A stretch of 64,000 nucleotides of DNA from an uncultured Candidatus Rokubacteria bacterium (GTDB lineage: Bacteria > Methylomirabilota > Methylomirabilia > Rokubacteriales > DASRDR01): positions 96,001-160,000 of the forward strand of contig CAWGVS010000012.1 in assembly GCA_963826115.1 (NCBI GenBank), written 5' to 3'. Shown here one piece after another: positions 1 to 8,113 of this stretch. The position numbers were made by a program, and so were the translations under genes. Numbering within the stretch: the first letter of the stretch is position 1; each line of letters starts with the position of its first letter. The notes beneath the pieces were generated by a model that was not told the DNA's origin, did not search any database, and saw nothing but the letters and a program-made list of their open reading frames with translations.

Positions 1-1377
1 GGACGTCGCCGGGCCCTCCACGGCACGATCGCGCGGGCGCTCGAGGCAATGCACGCCGACCGGCTCGCGGACGTGTACGACCGGCTGGCCCACCACTACG
101 GGCGGACGGACGAGGCGGCCCGGGCGGTCCACTATCTGACGCTGCTCGCCGACAAGGCGGTCGCGGCGAACGCCCACACGGAGGCGGTCCGGATCCTCGA
201 GGAGGCGCGGGCCCACGTGGACCGCCTGCCCGCTGGCGAGCAGGACCGGCGGCGACTCGAGCTCGCGCTCCGCCAGGCCTACTCCCTGATCCCGCTCGGC
301 CTCTTCCAGGACGTCGTGGATCTCCTCCTCCGTCACCAGGTGGCGCTGGAGAACCTCGACGACCCTCGGCTCGCCGGGTCCTATCACTTCCTGCTCGGGC
401 GGAGCTACCTGTTCCTCGGCGACCAGCGACAGGCCTCGGACCACCTCGAGCTCGGGCTCGGGGAAGCGATGCGCGGCGACGACGAGACGACACGGGGACG
501 GATCCACTACGTGCTCGCCCAGCACGCCGCGATGGCCGGCCATCCGCGCGACGGTCTCGGGCATGCGCGCCAGGCCATCCAGTTCCTCGAGCGGACCGTC
601 GAGCCGTGGTGGATCGGCCCCGCCCACTGGGCGCTCGGGCTGAACCACACGGTTCTCGGGGAATTCGACGCCGCCCTCGCGGCCCAGGCGCGGGCGACGG
701 CCCACGGCCACGCCGTGGGCGATCCGCAGATCATCGCCTCCGCGCACTGGGCGAGTGGGCTCGTCCACGTGTGCCGGGGCGACTGGGAGACGGCGATCCG
801 GAGCTGCGAGGAGGCGCTCGCGCTCTCGCCCGACCCCTTGAACACGGCGATGGCCCTCGGGTGGCTCGGCGTGGCGTGGCTCGAGCGGGGGGAGCTCGGC
901 CAGGCCGTCCCGCGGCTCGAGGAGGCCCTCCGTCTCCACGAGCAGTTCGGGTTCCGGCAAGCGCAAGCCTGGTTCTCGACGTTTCTCGCCGAGGCGCACC
1001 AGCGCGCGCAGCGGCTCGAGACCGCCCTCGAGCTCGCGAGCCAGGGACTCGACCTCGCCAGGGCCACCCGGATGCCGCAGGGCACCGGCTGGGCCGAGCG
1101 CACGCTCGGCCACATCGCTCAGGCCCGGGGGGCCCTCGGAGACGCGGAGGACCATCTCCGCGAGGCGCTCCGCGTCTTCGAGCTCGTGGAGGCGCGCTTC
1201 GAGATCGCCCGCACCCGCCTCGACCTCGCCGCGCTCGCGCGCGCGCGTGGCCAGTCGGTCGCGTGCGCGGAACACCTGGCCGAGGCGCACCGGGAGTTCC
1301 GGGCCCTCGCCGTCCCGCGATGGGTCGAGCGGGCGGAAGCATGCGCGCGCGACTGGGGCCTCGCCCTCTCGCGGTAG
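1..1377 (+). CDS. C-terminal part (5'-truncated by the window) of a STAND ATPase/TPR signalling protein, paralogous to the C-terminus of the 3990-8063 regulator
   Basis: Frame is open from base 1 (GRRRALHGTIARALEAMHADRL...). RLAHHY motif and TPR-like helices run parallel to the C-terminal half of 3990-8063 (DRLAYHYARTD, WW-G-AHW-GLNH, PDPL-A-ALGWLG, VPRWVERAE). Confidence 0.85.
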   Translation, partial: GRRRALHGTIARALEAMHADRLADVYDRLAHHYGRTDEAARAVHYLTLLADKAVAANAHTEAVRILEEARAHVDRLPAGEQDRRRLELALRQAYSLIPLGLFQDVVDLLLRHQVALENLDDPRLAGSYHFLLGRSYLFLGDQRQASDHLELGLGEAMRGDDETTRGRIHYVLAQHAAMAGHPRDGLGHARQAIQFLERTVEPWWIGPAHWALGLNHTVLGEFDAALAAQARATAHGHAVGDPQIIASAHWASGLVHVCRGDWETAIRSCEEALALSPDPLNTAMALGWLGVAWLERGELGQAVPRLEEALRLHEQFGFRQAQAWFSTFLAEAHQRAQRLETALELASQGLDLARATRMPQGTGWAERTLGHIAQARGALGDAEDHLREALRVFELVEARFEIARTRLDLAALARARGQSVACAEHLAEAHREFRALAVPRWVERAEACARDWGLALSR

Positions 1378-1387
1378 ACTGGCGGGC

Positions 1388-1921
1388 GTGTCGCTCGACA
1401 TCGAGCCCCTGACCCCGGCGGGCGTGCAGGCCCACCGCCACGTTCTGGCCGCCCTCCTCCGCGACGCGGTGGACAGCGGCGCGTCCGTCGGTTTCCTCCC
1501 GCCGCTCTCCGACGCCGAGGCGGTCGCGTACTGGGACACCGTCGCGGCCGCCGTCGACGAGGGCTCGCGGCTGGCCCTGGTCGCCCACGATCAGGCCCTG
1601 GGGCTCGTGGGCTCCGCCCAGCTCGACCTCGCGATGCGCGCGAACGCCCGGCATCGGGCCGAGGTGTCGAAGGTGATGGTCCACCAGCGGGCCCGCCGCC
1701 GCGGGGTCGGCCGCGCCCTCATGCTCGCGCTCGAGGATCACGCCCGCCGGCTCGGGCGCACGACGCTCATCCTCGACACGCGCCAGGGGGATCCGTCGGA
1801 GACGCTGTACCGGTCGCTCGGCTGGACGTTCGCCGGCGCGATCCCCGCGTACGCCCGCAGCGCCTCCGGCGCCCTCGACGCGACGGCCTACTACTACAAG
1901 CTCCTCGACCGGGCCCCCTGA
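1388..1921 (+). CDS. GNAT family N-acetyltransferase
   Basis: GASVGFLPPL, RAEVSKVMVHQRARRRGVGRALM (acetyl-CoA motif A), LILDT...LYRSLGW. GTG at 1388 chosen as start, just after the upstream stop. Confidence 0.88.
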   Translation: MSLDIEPLTPAGVQAHRHVLAALLRDAVDSGASVGFLPPLSDAEAVAYWDTVAAAVDEGSRLALVAHDQALGLVGSAQLDLAMRANARHRAEVSKVMVHQRARRRGVGRALMLALEDHARRLGRTTLILDTRQGDPSETLYRSLGWTFAGAIPAYARSASGALDATAYYYKLLDRAP

Positions 1922-1937
1922 CCGGGCCCGCCGGCCC

Positions 1938-3317
1938 TCAGGCCAGAGGCTCGCTGGCTGGCTCGACGGAGCCCGGCGTCTCCGCGCCCCGCCCGAGGGC
2001 GGCGTAGGCGGCGAGGCGCGCGTCCCGCCGCTGCGCGACGAAGCGCAGGAGGCGCGCCTCCGTCTCGCGCCGCGTGTACGTCCGCTCGAACAGCCAGCGG
2101 AGCCCCGCCTCGAGCTCCTCGACCGTCATGCGCTTCGGGCGGTAGGTCACGTCGAAGAGCGTGCACCGGTCCCAGTACCGCTCCTGGAGGAGGCGGCCCT
2201 CGCGGCGGAGCCGCGCGTGGAGCGGCGTGCCCGGGAACGGCGTCAGGACCGTGTACTGCACCTCCGCCAGCCCGGAGCTCCGGACGAACTCCAGCACGTC
2301 GCCGAAGACGTCGGGCGTGTGGGCGTCGAGGCCCAGGATGAAGCAGCCGTTGACGCTCACCCCGCGCGACTGGAGCGTGTCGATGGCCCGCCGGAGGCGC
2401 GGCGCCTGGCGCCGCTTCCACTCGGCGGGGTCCAGGCCCGTCAGGTCGTCGGCCCGCGGGCTCTCGAAGCCGATGAGGAGCTGGCGACAACCGGAGGCGG
2501 CGAGCCGGGCGCAGAGCCGGGGGTCGTCGGCCACGGAAACATCGGTCTCCGTGAAGTAGCGGATCCCCTCCGGCGTCACCGCGCGAAGGAACTCGTCGGT
2601 CCAGCGCCGGTCGAGGAAGCTGTTGTCGTCCGCCAGCTCGAAGAACGGCTCCGCGACGTGGGGACGCGCCGCCCGGATCTCGGCGATCACGCGGTCCACC
2701 GGCTTCTGGTTGAAGCGCGACGTGATCCGGAGGCTCGCCGCGCAGAACTCGCAGGCGCGCGGGCAGCCCCGTGAGGTCTGGACCGTGACCCGGTTGTACG
2801 GGCGCCCCGCGAGGAGGTCGAAGCGGGGCGCGGCGTAGAGGTCGGGCTCGAAGACCCGCTCGCGCGCCCCCTGGTAGACGCGCGCGAGCCGGCCCTGCTC
2901 GGCGTCCGCCACGAGCCGCGGCCACGCGCCCTCGGCGCCGCCCACCACCACGGCGTCGGCGTGCTGGAGCGCCTCGTCGGGCAGGAGTGACACGTGAAGG
3001 CCCCCCAGCACGACGGGGGTGCCGCGCGCCCGGAAGCGGCCCGCCAGCTCGTACGCCGCGTCGATCCGGGCTGTGAAGCTCGAGATCCCGACGAGGTCGA
3101 ACTCCGGCACGGGCTCGATGCTCCGGAGGTCGTCCACCTCGAGGTAGTGGACGTCATGCCCCGGGGGCGTGAGCCCGGCCACGGTGAGGAGCCCGAGGCT
3201 CGGCAGCTGCGCGATGACGCGACCCCGCCGGACGAAGCCCGGCAGCGTGACCCCGAGCGCCGCAAGCTCGGCCGTGCGGACGCGGACGCCGCTCATCGCG
3301 ATCAGCCCGATCCTCAC
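1938..3317 (-). CDS. B12-binding domain radical SAM protein
   Basis: PSLGLLTVAG, DLVGISSFT, VVLGGLHVS (cobalamin-binding domain); QTSRGCPRACEFC (CxxxCxxC); LTPFPGTPL. GTG start overlaps the upstream TGA (GTGA). Confidence 0.92.
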   Translation of the reverse strand: MRIGLIAMSGVRVRTAELAALGVTLPGFVRRGRVIAQLPSLGLLTVAGLTPPGHDVHYLEVDDLRSIEPVPEFDLVGISSFTARIDAAYELAGRFRARGTPVVLGGLHVSLLPDEALQHADAVVVGGAEGAWPRLVADAEQGRLARVYQGARERVFEPDLYAAPRFDLLAGRPYNRVTVQTSRGCPRACEFCAASLRITSRFNQKPVDRVIAEIRAARPHVAEPFFELADDNSFLDRRWTDEFLRAVTPEGIRYFTETDVSVADDPRLCARLAASGCRQLLIGFESPRADDLTGLDPAEWKRRQAPRLRRAIDTLQSRGVSVNGCFILGLDAHTPDVFGDVLEFVRSSGLAEVQYTVLTPFPGTPLHARLRREGRLLQERYWDRCTLFDVTYRPKRMTVEELEAGLRWLFERTYTRRETEARLLRFVAQRRDARLAAYAALGRGAETPGSVEPASEPLA

Positions 3318-3793
3318 GGGACGGCTCCGTCGCTCGCGCCCAGGGCGCGTCCGGGCAGCCCGGCCGCCAGGAGGCCGACCGCGCCGATCAGCGCCAGCAC
3401 GGGAGCCGGCAGGAGATAGCATCCGGGTCCCCAGAACGCCCCCAGGACGAGGACGCACGGGAGCGCCACCGTGCCGAAGAGGAGGCAGCGACACCCCGCG
3501 CGCCGCGTGGCGCGGCTCCATCGCGTCCTCGCCATCCACGGGATGTAGAGGAGGTTCAGCACCGGCAGCGCGATCGCGGCGATGTGCCCGAGCCGCACGA
3601 GCCGCCGCGGGAGGTCGTCGAACGCGCGGAACCCCGGCGGCGGGGCCACGGGCCCGCCGAAGGACCAGAGCCCGAGCACGGCGCCGCCAGCCATGCTGAT
3701 CCCGATCATCCACCACGCGACCCGGACGTTGACGTGCCCCGGGGGCCGCCCCGTCCGATTCGCGCCGCTCACCAGCCCAGCCTCTCTGTCCAT
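3314..3793 (-). CDS. Small integral membrane protein (about 4 TM segments), function unknown
   Basis: Hydrophobic segments and RRLVRLGHIAAIALPVLNLLY; AGGA upstream of ATG; translationally coupled to the radical SAM gene. Confidence 0.8.
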   Translation of the reverse strand: MDREAGLVSGANRTGRPPGHVNVRVAWWMIGISMAGGAVLGLWSFGGPVAPPPGFRAFDDLPRRLVRLGHIAAIALPVLNLLYIPWMARTRWSRATRRAGCRCLLFGTVALPCVLVLGAFWGPGCYLLPAPVLALIGAVGLLAAGLPGRALGASDGAVP

Positions 3794-3820
3794 GGTGTCC
3801 TGCTTGCACTCTCAGGGAGG

Positions 3821-3835
3821 GCAATGGGGATGCCA
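3821..3835 (-). promoter_or_regulatory. sigma54 (-24/-12) promoter for the membrane protein/radical SAM operon
   Basis: Minus strand reads TGGCAT-CCCCA-TTGC, matching TGGCAC-N5-TTGC with exact spacing, 28 nt upstream of ATG 3793 and adjacent to a divergent sigma54 activator gene. Confidence 0.8.
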
Positions 3836-3989
3836 CCAGGCGCAATCAACGAAAAAACAGGAGGTTGCGATGGCCATCGGGCTACCGATCCAGGCCGGTG
3901 TGGTGGGGGAACCCCCAATCTGGGTGGGGGAGCGGCGCATGGGAACGGGTCACTCCAGCCGCCCCAACGGGCGTAAGATACCGCCACCC

Positions 3990-6900
3990 ATGGGCCCGCT
4001 CGCCGCGCTCCTCGGCGACTCGCCCGCCATCAAGGCGCTTCGGGAGAAGGTCGCCCGGCTCCTTCAGCACCCGTCCGACCGCGGGCGACTGCCGCCGGTC
4101 CTCATACAGGGCGAGACCGGCACCGGCAAGGGTCTGCTCGCCGACGTCCTCCATCGCGAGGGGCCTCGGGCGGACCAGCCATTCGTCCCCGTCAACTGCG
4201 CCGCCATCCCCTTGAACCTGCTCGAGGCGGAGCTGTTCGGCTTCGAGCGAGGCGCGTTCACGGACGCGCGACAGCCGAAGCCCGGGCTGTTCCAGGCGGC
4301 CAACCGGGGCACGCTCTTCCTCGACGAGATCGGAGAGCTGCCGCTCGAGCTCCAGGCGAAGCTCCTCAAGGTCCTGGAGGACCGCACCGTGCGCCGGCTG
4401 GGCGCCACGCGCTCGGAGCCGGTCGACGTCTGGATCGTCACGGCGAGCAACGAGGACCTGGAGGCCGCGGTGCGCGAGCGCAAGTTCCGCGAGGACCTCT
4501 ACCACCGCCTCGCCGTCTTTCCCCTGCGCATGCCGCCGCTCCGCGAGCGCGGCCACGACGTCATCCTCCTCGGCGAGCACTTCCTCCGGCAGGCCTGCGC
4601 CGAGTACGCGCTGCCGGTGAAGTCGCTCGCGCCCGACGCGCGCGCCGCGCTCCTCGCGCATCCGTGGAAGGGCAACGTCCGCGAGTTGACGAACACGATG
4701 GAGCGCGTCGCGGTCCTGGTCGACGCCCCGGTCGTGACGGCGGTCATGCTGGACCTGTCGGTTCCGCCGGACCGCGTCGAGGCCTCGGGCAAGGCGCCGT
4801 CGGACTCCGCCCCCTCGAGCCGGGCGCTCGGCGAAACGCTGGACGCCGTCGAGCGGCACCGGCTCCTCGAAGCGCTCGACGAGACCTTCTGGAACGTGAC
4901 GCGCGCCGCCCGCCGGCTCGGGATCTCGCGCGATACCCTGCGCTACCGGATCGAGAAGCACGGGCTCCGGTCGGGCGGGCGGCGGTCCGCAGCCGAACCG
5001 CCGCCCACCGCCGAGCTGACACCGGCGCCGCCGCCTCGCCCGCCGGTCACCCCGGAGGCGCCGGCCGCCGCGATCCGCTGGGAGCAGCGGCGCGTGACGC
5101 TCCTCCGGGCCGTGATCGATGGCCCACCGCTCGCGGACGACCGGCTGTATCCGACCCGGCTGATCGAAGCGCTCCAGGAGAAGGCGCTGACCTTCGGGGG
5201 CCGCGTGGAGGACCTCGGTCCCACCGGGATCGTGGCCAGCTTCGGGCTCGAGCCCGTCGAGGACGCGACCCGCCGGGCCGCGCACGCGGCGGTGGCGATC
5301 CGCAAGGCCGTCGAGCGCGAGAGGCGCGCCGAACCCCCGATCACGGTGCGCATGGGCATCCACGTGACCCAGCTCCTCGTCGGGCACGCCGGGCGCGACA
5401 TTCGGCTCGAGCTGGACGGCAAGCGTCGGGCCTGGGACGCGCTCGAGCGGCTCGTCCTGCGGGCCGATCCGGACCGGACGGTCGTGTCCGAGGCCGCGGG
5501 CCCGTTCCTGGACCGGCGGTTCGCGCTCGTGCTCCTCCCGGCGCCCGGGCCCGGCGACACCCCGGTCTATCGTCTCGACGGCGTCGAGCGGGGCGGCCTC
5601 GGGTCGGGCCGGCGGCTCACGGTCCTGGCGGGGCGCGGCCGCGAGCTGGAGTTCCTGCGGGACCGGCTCGCCTCCGCGGCCGAGGGGCGCGGCCAGGTGG
5701 TGGGCATCGTGGGCGAGGCCGGCATCGGCAAGTCGCGCCTCCTGCACGAGCTCCGGAAGAGCCTCCGGGGCGAGCGCGTCGCCTGGTTCGAGGGCCACTG
5801 CCCCTCGTACGGGAGCGCCGTGCCCTACCTGCCCGTCATCGCGATCCTCCGGCGGAGCTTCCACATCGCCGAGAGCGACAGCCCGGCCTCGACGGCGCGC
5901 AAGGTCCGGTCGAGGCTCGAGGAGCTCGGCATGGACCCGGAGGAGTACGCCGTCTACCTCCACCATCTCCTCGGCGTGAAGCACGAGACGGAGCGCCTCA
6001 GCATGCTCACGCCCGAGGCCATCCGGGCCCGGACCGTCGACGCCCTTCGCCAGATGGGCCTCCGCGGCAGCCGACAGCGGCCGACCGTGTACGTCTGCGA
6101 AGACCTCCAGTGGATCGACCGCACGTCCGAGGAGTGCCTGCACGCCCTCCTCGAGACCACCACGGGCGCCTCCGTCCTGTCGCTCTTCACGTACCGCCCC
6201 GGCTACCACCCGCCCTGGATGAACAAGTCCTACGCGACCCAGCTCGCGCTTCAGCCGCTCTCGCGGGGCGACAGCGAGCAGATCGTCGAGTCCCTGCTGC
6301 TGGCCCGCGGCGGCCACGACGCCCTCGCGCCCGCGATCCTCAGCAAGGCCGAGGGCAACCCGTTCTTCCTCGAGGAGCTCTGCCGGACCGTGGCCGAGCA
6401 GCCCGACGCGGCCGGCGGGCTCGCGGTGCCGGACACGGTCCAGGAGGCGTTGCGGGCGCGGATCGACCGCCTGCCGGAGGACGTGAAGGACGCCCTCCGC
6501 CTGGCCTCGGTCATCGGTCGCGAGGTCCCGTTGCGGCTCCTCCAGGCCGTGTGGCGGGGCCCGGGCGACATCGAGCGGCACCTCCGCGAGCTGACGCGGC
6601 TCGAGTTCCTGTTCGAGCAGACCCGGTTCGGCGAGTCCGTCTACGTCTTCAAGCACGCGCTCACGCAGGAGGTCGTGTACGACAGCCTGCCGGTCACGCA
6701 CCGGCATGCCCTCCACGCGGCGGCGGCGCGCGCCCTCGAGCGGCTCTACGAGGGCCGCCTCGAGGAGGCGGACGACCGGCTCGCGTATCACTACGCCCGC
6801 ACCGACCAGTCGGACCGCGCCGTGGAATGCCTCTCGCGCGTCGCGCAGAAGGCGGCCCGCGGCCACGCGCACGCCGAGGCGCTCGCGGCGCTCGACGAGG

Positions 6901-8063
6901 CGCTCGCGCACGTGGAGCGCCTCCCCGCGGAGGCGCGCGATCACCGGCGCCTCCGGCTGGTCCTCCGCAAGGCATCCTCGCTGATCCACCTCGGCCGGTT
7001 CCGGGAGGTCCTGGGCGTCCTGCTCCACTGGAAGGCGAGTCTCGACCGGGTGGACGACGCCTCGCTCTCCGCGTACTACCACTTCCTCCTCGCGCGCACC
7101 CACCTGTTCGTCGGCGACCAGGAGCGCGCCATCCAGAGCGCCGAGCGCGCGATCGCCGACGCCACGCGGTGCGGGGACACGGCGACGCTCGGGAAGGCGC
7201 ACTACGTGCTCGCGCAGGAGGCGCCGCTCTCCGGGCGCGCCGCCGCGGGCATCCGCCACGCGCAGGAGGCGCTGGCGTGCCTCGAGCGGGTGGGACGCGC
7301 CTGGTGGGTCGGTCAGGCCCACTGGATCGTCGGCCTGAACCACGCGCTCCTCGGCGAGCTCGACGCGGCGCTCGAGTCCGAGACGCGGGCGCGGCTGATC
7401 GGGGAGACGGTCGGCTACCGTCAGCTCCAGGCCTCCGCCCTGATGGCGACGGGCATCGTCCAGGCGGTCCTCGGCGACACCACGGCCGGTATCGAGGCGT
7501 GCGAGCGCGGGGTCTCGCTCGCCCCTGACCCCTTGACCAGCGCGGTCGCCCTGGGCTGGCTCGGCTTCGCCTTCATGGAGCACGGCGACGCCAAGCGGGC
7601 CATCCCGGTCCTCGAGCGCTCGGCCGAGCAGCATCGCGTGTTCCGCTTCCCGCAGTTCCAGAGCTGGTTCACCGCCTTCCTGGCGGAGGCGTACCGGCTC
7701 GACGGCCAGCTCGACCGCGCCCACACCGCGGCGCGGGAGGCGCTCGAGATCGCCCGGACGTCCGGCTCTCGGTACGGGGTCGGGCAGGCCCTCCGCGCCC
7801 TCGGGCGTATCCAGGTGGCGGCCGGCGCGCCGGCCGACGCCATGGCCACGCTCCAGGACGCGGTGACGACCTTCGAGGAGATCCGGGCGCGCTACGACAC
7901 GGCGCGCGGCTGGCTCGACCTCGGCGCGGCCGCCGTCGCGGCCGGCGACCGGGCCGCGGCGGCCGAGCACTGGGAGCGCGCGCGCCGCCGCCTCGTCGAG
8001 CTCCACGTCCCTCGCTGGGTGGAGCGCGCGGAGACCCTCGTCCGGAGTCTCGGGGGCGCCTGA
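3990..8063 (+). CDS. Multidomain sigma54-dependent activator: AAA+ domain, Fis-type HTH, degenerate class III cyclase-like domain, STAND NTPase, TPR region
   Basis: GETGTGKG, ELFGFERGAFTDA, LFLDEIGEL, FREDLYHRL, WKGNVREL, NVTRAARRLGISRDTLRYRI; then VRMGIH (cyclase-like), GIVGEAGIGKSRL, CEDLQWID, AEGNPFFLEE, FKHALTQEVVY and TPR helices. Start taken at ATG 3990 (MGPLAALLGDSPAI). Confidence 0.92.
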   Translation: MGPLAALLGDSPAIKALREKVARLLQHPSDRGRLPPVLIQGETGTGKGLLADVLHREGPRADQPFVPVNCAAIPLNLLEAELFGFERGAFTDARQPKPGLFQAANRGTLFLDEIGELPLELQAKLLKVLEDRTVRRLGATRSEPVDVWIVTASNEDLEAAVRERKFREDLYHRLAVFPLRMPPLRERGHDVILLGEHFLRQACAEYALPVKSLAPDARAALLAHPWKGNVRELTNTMERVAVLVDAPVVTAVMLDLSVPPDRVEASGKAPSDSAPSSRALGETLDAVERHRLLEALDETFWNVTRAARRLGISRDTLRYRIEKHGLRSGGRRSAAEPPPTAELTPAPPPRPPVTPEAPAAAIRWEQRRVTLLRAVIDGPPLADDRLYPTRLIEALQEKALTFGGRVEDLGPTGIVASFGLEPVEDATRRAAHAAVAIRKAVERERRAEPPITVRMGIHVTQLLVGHAGRDIRLELDGKRRAWDALERLVLRADPDRTVVSEAAGPFLDRRFALVLLPAPGPGDTPVYRLDGVERGGLGSGRRLTVLAGRGRELEFLRDRLASAAEGRGQVVGIVGEAGIGKSRLLHELRKSLRGERVAWFEGHCPSYGSAVPYLPVIAILRRSFHIAESDSPASTARKVRSRLEELGMDPEEYAVYLHHLLGVKHETERLSMLTPEAIRARTVDALRQMGLRGSRQRPTVYVCEDLQWIDRTSEECLHALLETTTGASVLSLFTYRPGYHPPWMNKSYATQLALQPLSRGDSEQIVESLLLARGGHDALAPAILSKAEGNPFFLEELCRTVAEQPDAAGGLAVPDTVQEALRARIDRLPEDVKDALRLASVIGREVPLRLLQAVWRGPGDIERHLRELTRLEFLFEQTRFGESVYVFKHALTQEVVYDSLPVTHRHALHAAAARALERLYEGRLEEADDRLAYHYARTDQSDRAVECLSRVAQKAARGHAHAEALAALDEALAHVERLPAEARDHRRLRLVLRKASSLIHLGRFREVLGVLLHWKASLDRVDDASLSAYYHFLLARTHLFVGDQERAIQSAERAIADATRCGDTATLGKAHYVLAQEAPLSGRAAAGIRHAQEALACLERVGRAWWVGQAHWIVGLNHALLGELDAALESETRARLIGETVGYRQLQASALMATGIVQAVLGDTTAGIEACERGVSLAPDPLTSAVALGWLGFAFMEHGDAKRAIPVLERSAEQHRVFRFPQFQSWFTAFLAEAYRLDGQLDRAHTAAREALEIARTSGSRYGVGQALRALGRIQVAAGAPADAMATLQDAVTTFEEIRARYDTARGWLDLGAAAVAAGDRAAAAEHWERARRRLVELHVPRWVERAETLVRSLGGA

Positions 8064-8113
8064 CCGCGCGCCGTTCCGCCGGCGCCGCTTCCTCCCCCGC
8101 GTAGAATGTGGGG

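Noticed and set aside
3882-8006. Very long antisense and alternate-frame ORFs (e.g. 1374 aa here, 33794-37207, 13947-16664)
   Set aside because: Shadow ORFs expected at this GC content; Arg/Gly/Pro-rich, no motifs, and they overlap well-supported genes.
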